DNA of 63,045 nucleotides, filler included, from Collodictyon triciliatum (Eukaryota), in NCBI GenBank assembly GCA_043381765.1. It is 15 parts of 15 records of this genome, joined end to end, with 100 filler letters (N's around TTAATTAATTAA, not from the genome) between each part and the next. Parts side by side here need not be neighbours in the genome. Positions count along the whole stretch, not along the records: positions 59,874 to 63,045 come from JBHJMP010006398.1; 14 more parts are not named here. The stretch is one strand, 5' to 3'. Positions within the stretch are counted from its first letter, which is position 1, and the number at the start of each line of letters is the position of its first letter. The notes beneath the pieces are model-generated. The model was given only the letters and a program-made list of their open reading frames with translations, was not told the origin of the DNA and did not search any database. This document shows, piece by piece, positions 60,083 to 63,045 of this stretch. The translations under genes were made by a program, and so were the position numbers.

Positions 60083-61677
60083 TTAGAGATCCTTGTTCTT
60101 TTCGTCCAGGCTGAACTTGCCCGGGCCGAGGTAGACGACAAGCAGCAGGCCTCCAACAACCGAGAAGGTCTGAGAAGTCGAAAGGCGACCAGATTTCAGA
60201 GAAAGGACAAGGCAGCAGCAGCAGCAGCAGCAGCAAGAACAAAGCCACAGGAGCATAGCTCAGTTACACTATGGGCTAGAACAAAATAAGGTAGGTGGAG
60301 TTTCACTCCCGTTCGGGGCTGAGCGTACCTGGAAGAAGTAGTACTTTTGAAAGTCGCGTTGGGGGTGATACTGATCAAGGGTCCAAAAGCTGTGCACCAA
60401 CAGATTGGCAAAGGCCAAGAAGATCACCAGCATAAAGGCAGAAAACGTTGTCTTGAAGCCCACTACAACCTGGGGAAAATGCATGGGCATTCGCATGTGC
60501 TTCGGGTCAGGAACCGGGTTTGCAGGTTGGGCAAAGAGGCGAAGGAGGCATGCCAGATAGATAACCTCCACGGGTCGGAGTCATTCACTCGTTCTGTTCG
60601 AAAAAAGAAAAAGAAAAAGAAAAAGAAAAAGAAAAAGAAAAAGAAAAAGAAAAAGAAGAAAAAGAAAAAAGAAAATGAAAGACTACCATCAAGCAAAGCC
60701 CAGCACCAAGCAGCCCGGCCACGACACGCAGAGGAGTGATTGGACCGTAGATCACGGAGGCGGTCAGGAAAATAAGAAGCAGGCGGCCAGCCAGTTGCAT
60801 GTAGTTTTCATACTTGCGGTCGGACAGATCAAACAGGGCGGTGAGGTTGCGCGACTGCCTCCGTTTATAAGTGGACGAAAACGTAGAAATAGACAAGAAA
60901 TAGACAAATGAAAAAAAAAAAAGAAAAAAGAAGAGGCAAATAGACACCATAGTTAAACCCTGATGCAGAGGCGAGTCTGTTCATAAACATGAGGAAGACC
61001 AAGAGAACAAACACATACGCGCTCCTTCTCCACTTTGAAGAACGTGTACAGCAGCATGAGGCCGCCAAGGAGCGAGAGGTTGCGAATGAAGAAGACAAAG
61101 TCGAGAACCTTCAGGTAAACGATGAATTGCAACACGATGAAGACACCGAGACTAGAATGAGGGACATTGGTGAGTGGGAGAAGATGCTGTGTGGCTCGTG
61201 GGGAGGACTAAAGCAAGAACCTGGATAAAGCGGGCTCCACAAACTTCTTTGCCACAATCAAGGCACTCGCGCCGATTTGAACCATGATGGAAGCAAGTAT
61301 GATGGCACAGGAAAGGTCCTGGCCGTACTGAAGCTGGGTCAGGTAGCTAATCTGGGTGTCCCACTGGAAAATAAGACGGAACCCGTCCTGGTTGGAGGTT
61401 GAGTAAGTGGGTTGAAGTCCGTCAGTGTTTCGAGGAAAGGGAAACGAACAAGCACTCAGGAGATAAACAACTGTGGCAAGTGAGAAGCGACCCAGAAATT
61501 GTTCTTATTTTTCTTTTAAAGGTATAATAAACAAAGAAAAGAGAGGAAGTGGGAGAGTACGAAACTCACCTCGATGAACGTAGCCAGGAGCAACAAACGA
61601 GCAAAGGTTGCCATTTTGCTGCGGTAAGGGCGGAGACGGTTTTCTAGAGAGCCGCCGAGTTCTTCAATGCCTTTCAT
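60083..61677 (-). CDS. SURF4: SURF4/Erv29 ER cargo receptor, complete
   Basis: ARLLLLATFIE/DGFRLIFQW, FFIRNLSLLGGLMLL, YMQLAGRLLLIF, VVGFKT, RDFQKYYFFQ/TFSVVGGLLLVVYLGPGKFSLDEKNKDL*. Confidence 0.96.
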
Positions 61678-62378
61678 TTCTGCTGTTAAGAGGGGTTTAG
61701 CGTTGGTTTATTTTCCCATAAAGCGGAAATACTCTCTCCGGATCGGCCCTTCTTCGTTTGCCATTGCAGAGGCGCCTGCTTTAACACGCTTCTTGGACTG
61801 AAAGAGAGACACTCCTGCCCAGCCGCTCACGAAAGGCCAGGCTGCCTGCACTGGGCCGCGGCTGATTCATCTGGCGTAGGCGACTCTTCTTCTGCTCGAC
61901 GAAACGGGGCATTTGCTTCATGGCTTGATTACACGAATTTCCAGCGAAGGTTTGCTCGCTTCTTTCATTCGCTGCAGAACCGATGGGCTTACTCAAAGTA
62001 TTCCATTGATTAGTAGGCGAGAGCGAGTGGGTTGTCACCAGAAGTTAAAGTGCAATCACCTCTACTAATCTGGAAATGTTTATGTAATATGGGTTTATTC
62101 CGCATGTGGAGTGTAAACATTTGGGCCGATTTCCTAAAATACACTGTTGTTTGGTCGAATGCAACGGACACGGCAATAATCGCAGACACACAAAGGTTTG
62201 CACCAGCATAAGGCGCGCTTGACACTTCCGCGCCAGAGCGACAGCCAAATCAAAAGACAGACACATCCTTGCGTCGATATGAAATCGGCAGAGGCAGCAC
62301 TCCGGCGAGCCATCCTTTCTTTCTCTTTTTTTATCTTGTTGTCTGAATGCCCAACGGGACCATGTCCCAATGTTTCGT

Positions 62379-62773
62379 TCAATCTTGCAGTACGATGGTT
62401 TGTGAAAGGAGGAAGTCACTGAGTGTCTTTCCGTGCCTGTCCAGCCGGCGAGACTTACAAACACCCCCGTCAAGAACATCGTCGATGACGATGTTTAATG
62501 CATGGACACCGGGACATCGGAATACCTGGACAGACGGGGAGCTCTTTGCTATCAAGGCGGAGAAGCGTTCTGCAACCCAGTCTGCCGTGATGACACGGGC
62601 AAGTCGGTCGATATCTGGTGCGTGATGTGGGATTACACTGATGTTGCTTCGGTCACCCTTGTCACCAGCTCGCGAATGGCACACATCATACAGTCGCAAG
62701 GAAATTCCCGTCGGTGCGGGTCTTGTGGTGCTCTTTACTGCGGGCCAGTCCTCGTTGAATTCATCAGCCAACC
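62379..62773 (-). CDS. Final exon of an AtuA/DUF1446-family protein (acyclic terpene utilisation-like C-terminal domain)
   Basis: LYDVCHSRAGDKGDRSNISVI...PGVHALNIVIDDVLDGGVCKSRRLDRHGKTLSDFLL. Confidence 0.85.
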
Positions 62774-62977
62774 CTTCATGCATGTAAAAAGATAACATAC
62801 AAGAGTTAAAAAAACAACAACAAAAAAAATACACAAGTGAAATGTTAAAACAATCAATCATAAAATTGACATGTAAGTTAGGAGGAATGTAACGTAAAAG
62901 CACTAGCCTCAAAGTAAGAAAATAGGTAAGAAAAAAGAAGAAAAGAAAATGAAAATGAAAAAGAAAAAAGAAAAAGA

Positions 62978-63008
<31 letters not shown>

Positions 63009-63009
63009 G

Positions 63010-63045
<36 letters not shown>

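Overview
This is eukaryotic DNA from an intron-rich, microsatellite-rich, mitochondriate and probably flagellated protist. It is not one contiguous locus: about 15 unrelated contigs of ~4.2 kb are joined by artificial N44-TTAATTAATTAA-N44 linkers, and most contigs break at simple repeats. Intact spliced genes or gene fragments are eIF2B-epsilon, USB1, ataxin-2/Pbp1, a RUN-domain protein, an FLVCR/SLC49-type MFS transporter, a GT61 glycosyltransferase, a MICU EF-hand protein, PA2G4/EBP1, an RluA-family pseudouridine synthase lacking the catalytic Asp, RPL28, a PGPGxY (SHIPPO/STPG) protein, OSCP, a small membrane protein, a four-domain Cav/Nav-type channel, a protein with an 'ARALSKH...GYGARW...FRGFLEP' domain, SURF4 and an AtuA/DUF1446 C-terminus. 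Four decayed pseudogenes that retain their introns are present: WDR27-like, a Zn alcohol dehydrogenase, CTU1, and a CH-CH-DUF4062-NACHT protein. The most striking signal is a dispersed intronless family with six segments on six different contigs and about three subfamilies. It encodes a LINE-ORF1-like protein with two putative RRM-like domains and a disordered tail with a PIP-box-like motif. No reverse transcriptase follows any copy, and the intact copy sits 11 bp behind a perfect 36-bp tandem monomer array. It is a candidate ORF1-only (HAL1-like) retroelement. All family assignments come from manual translation and remembered motifs; no searches were run.
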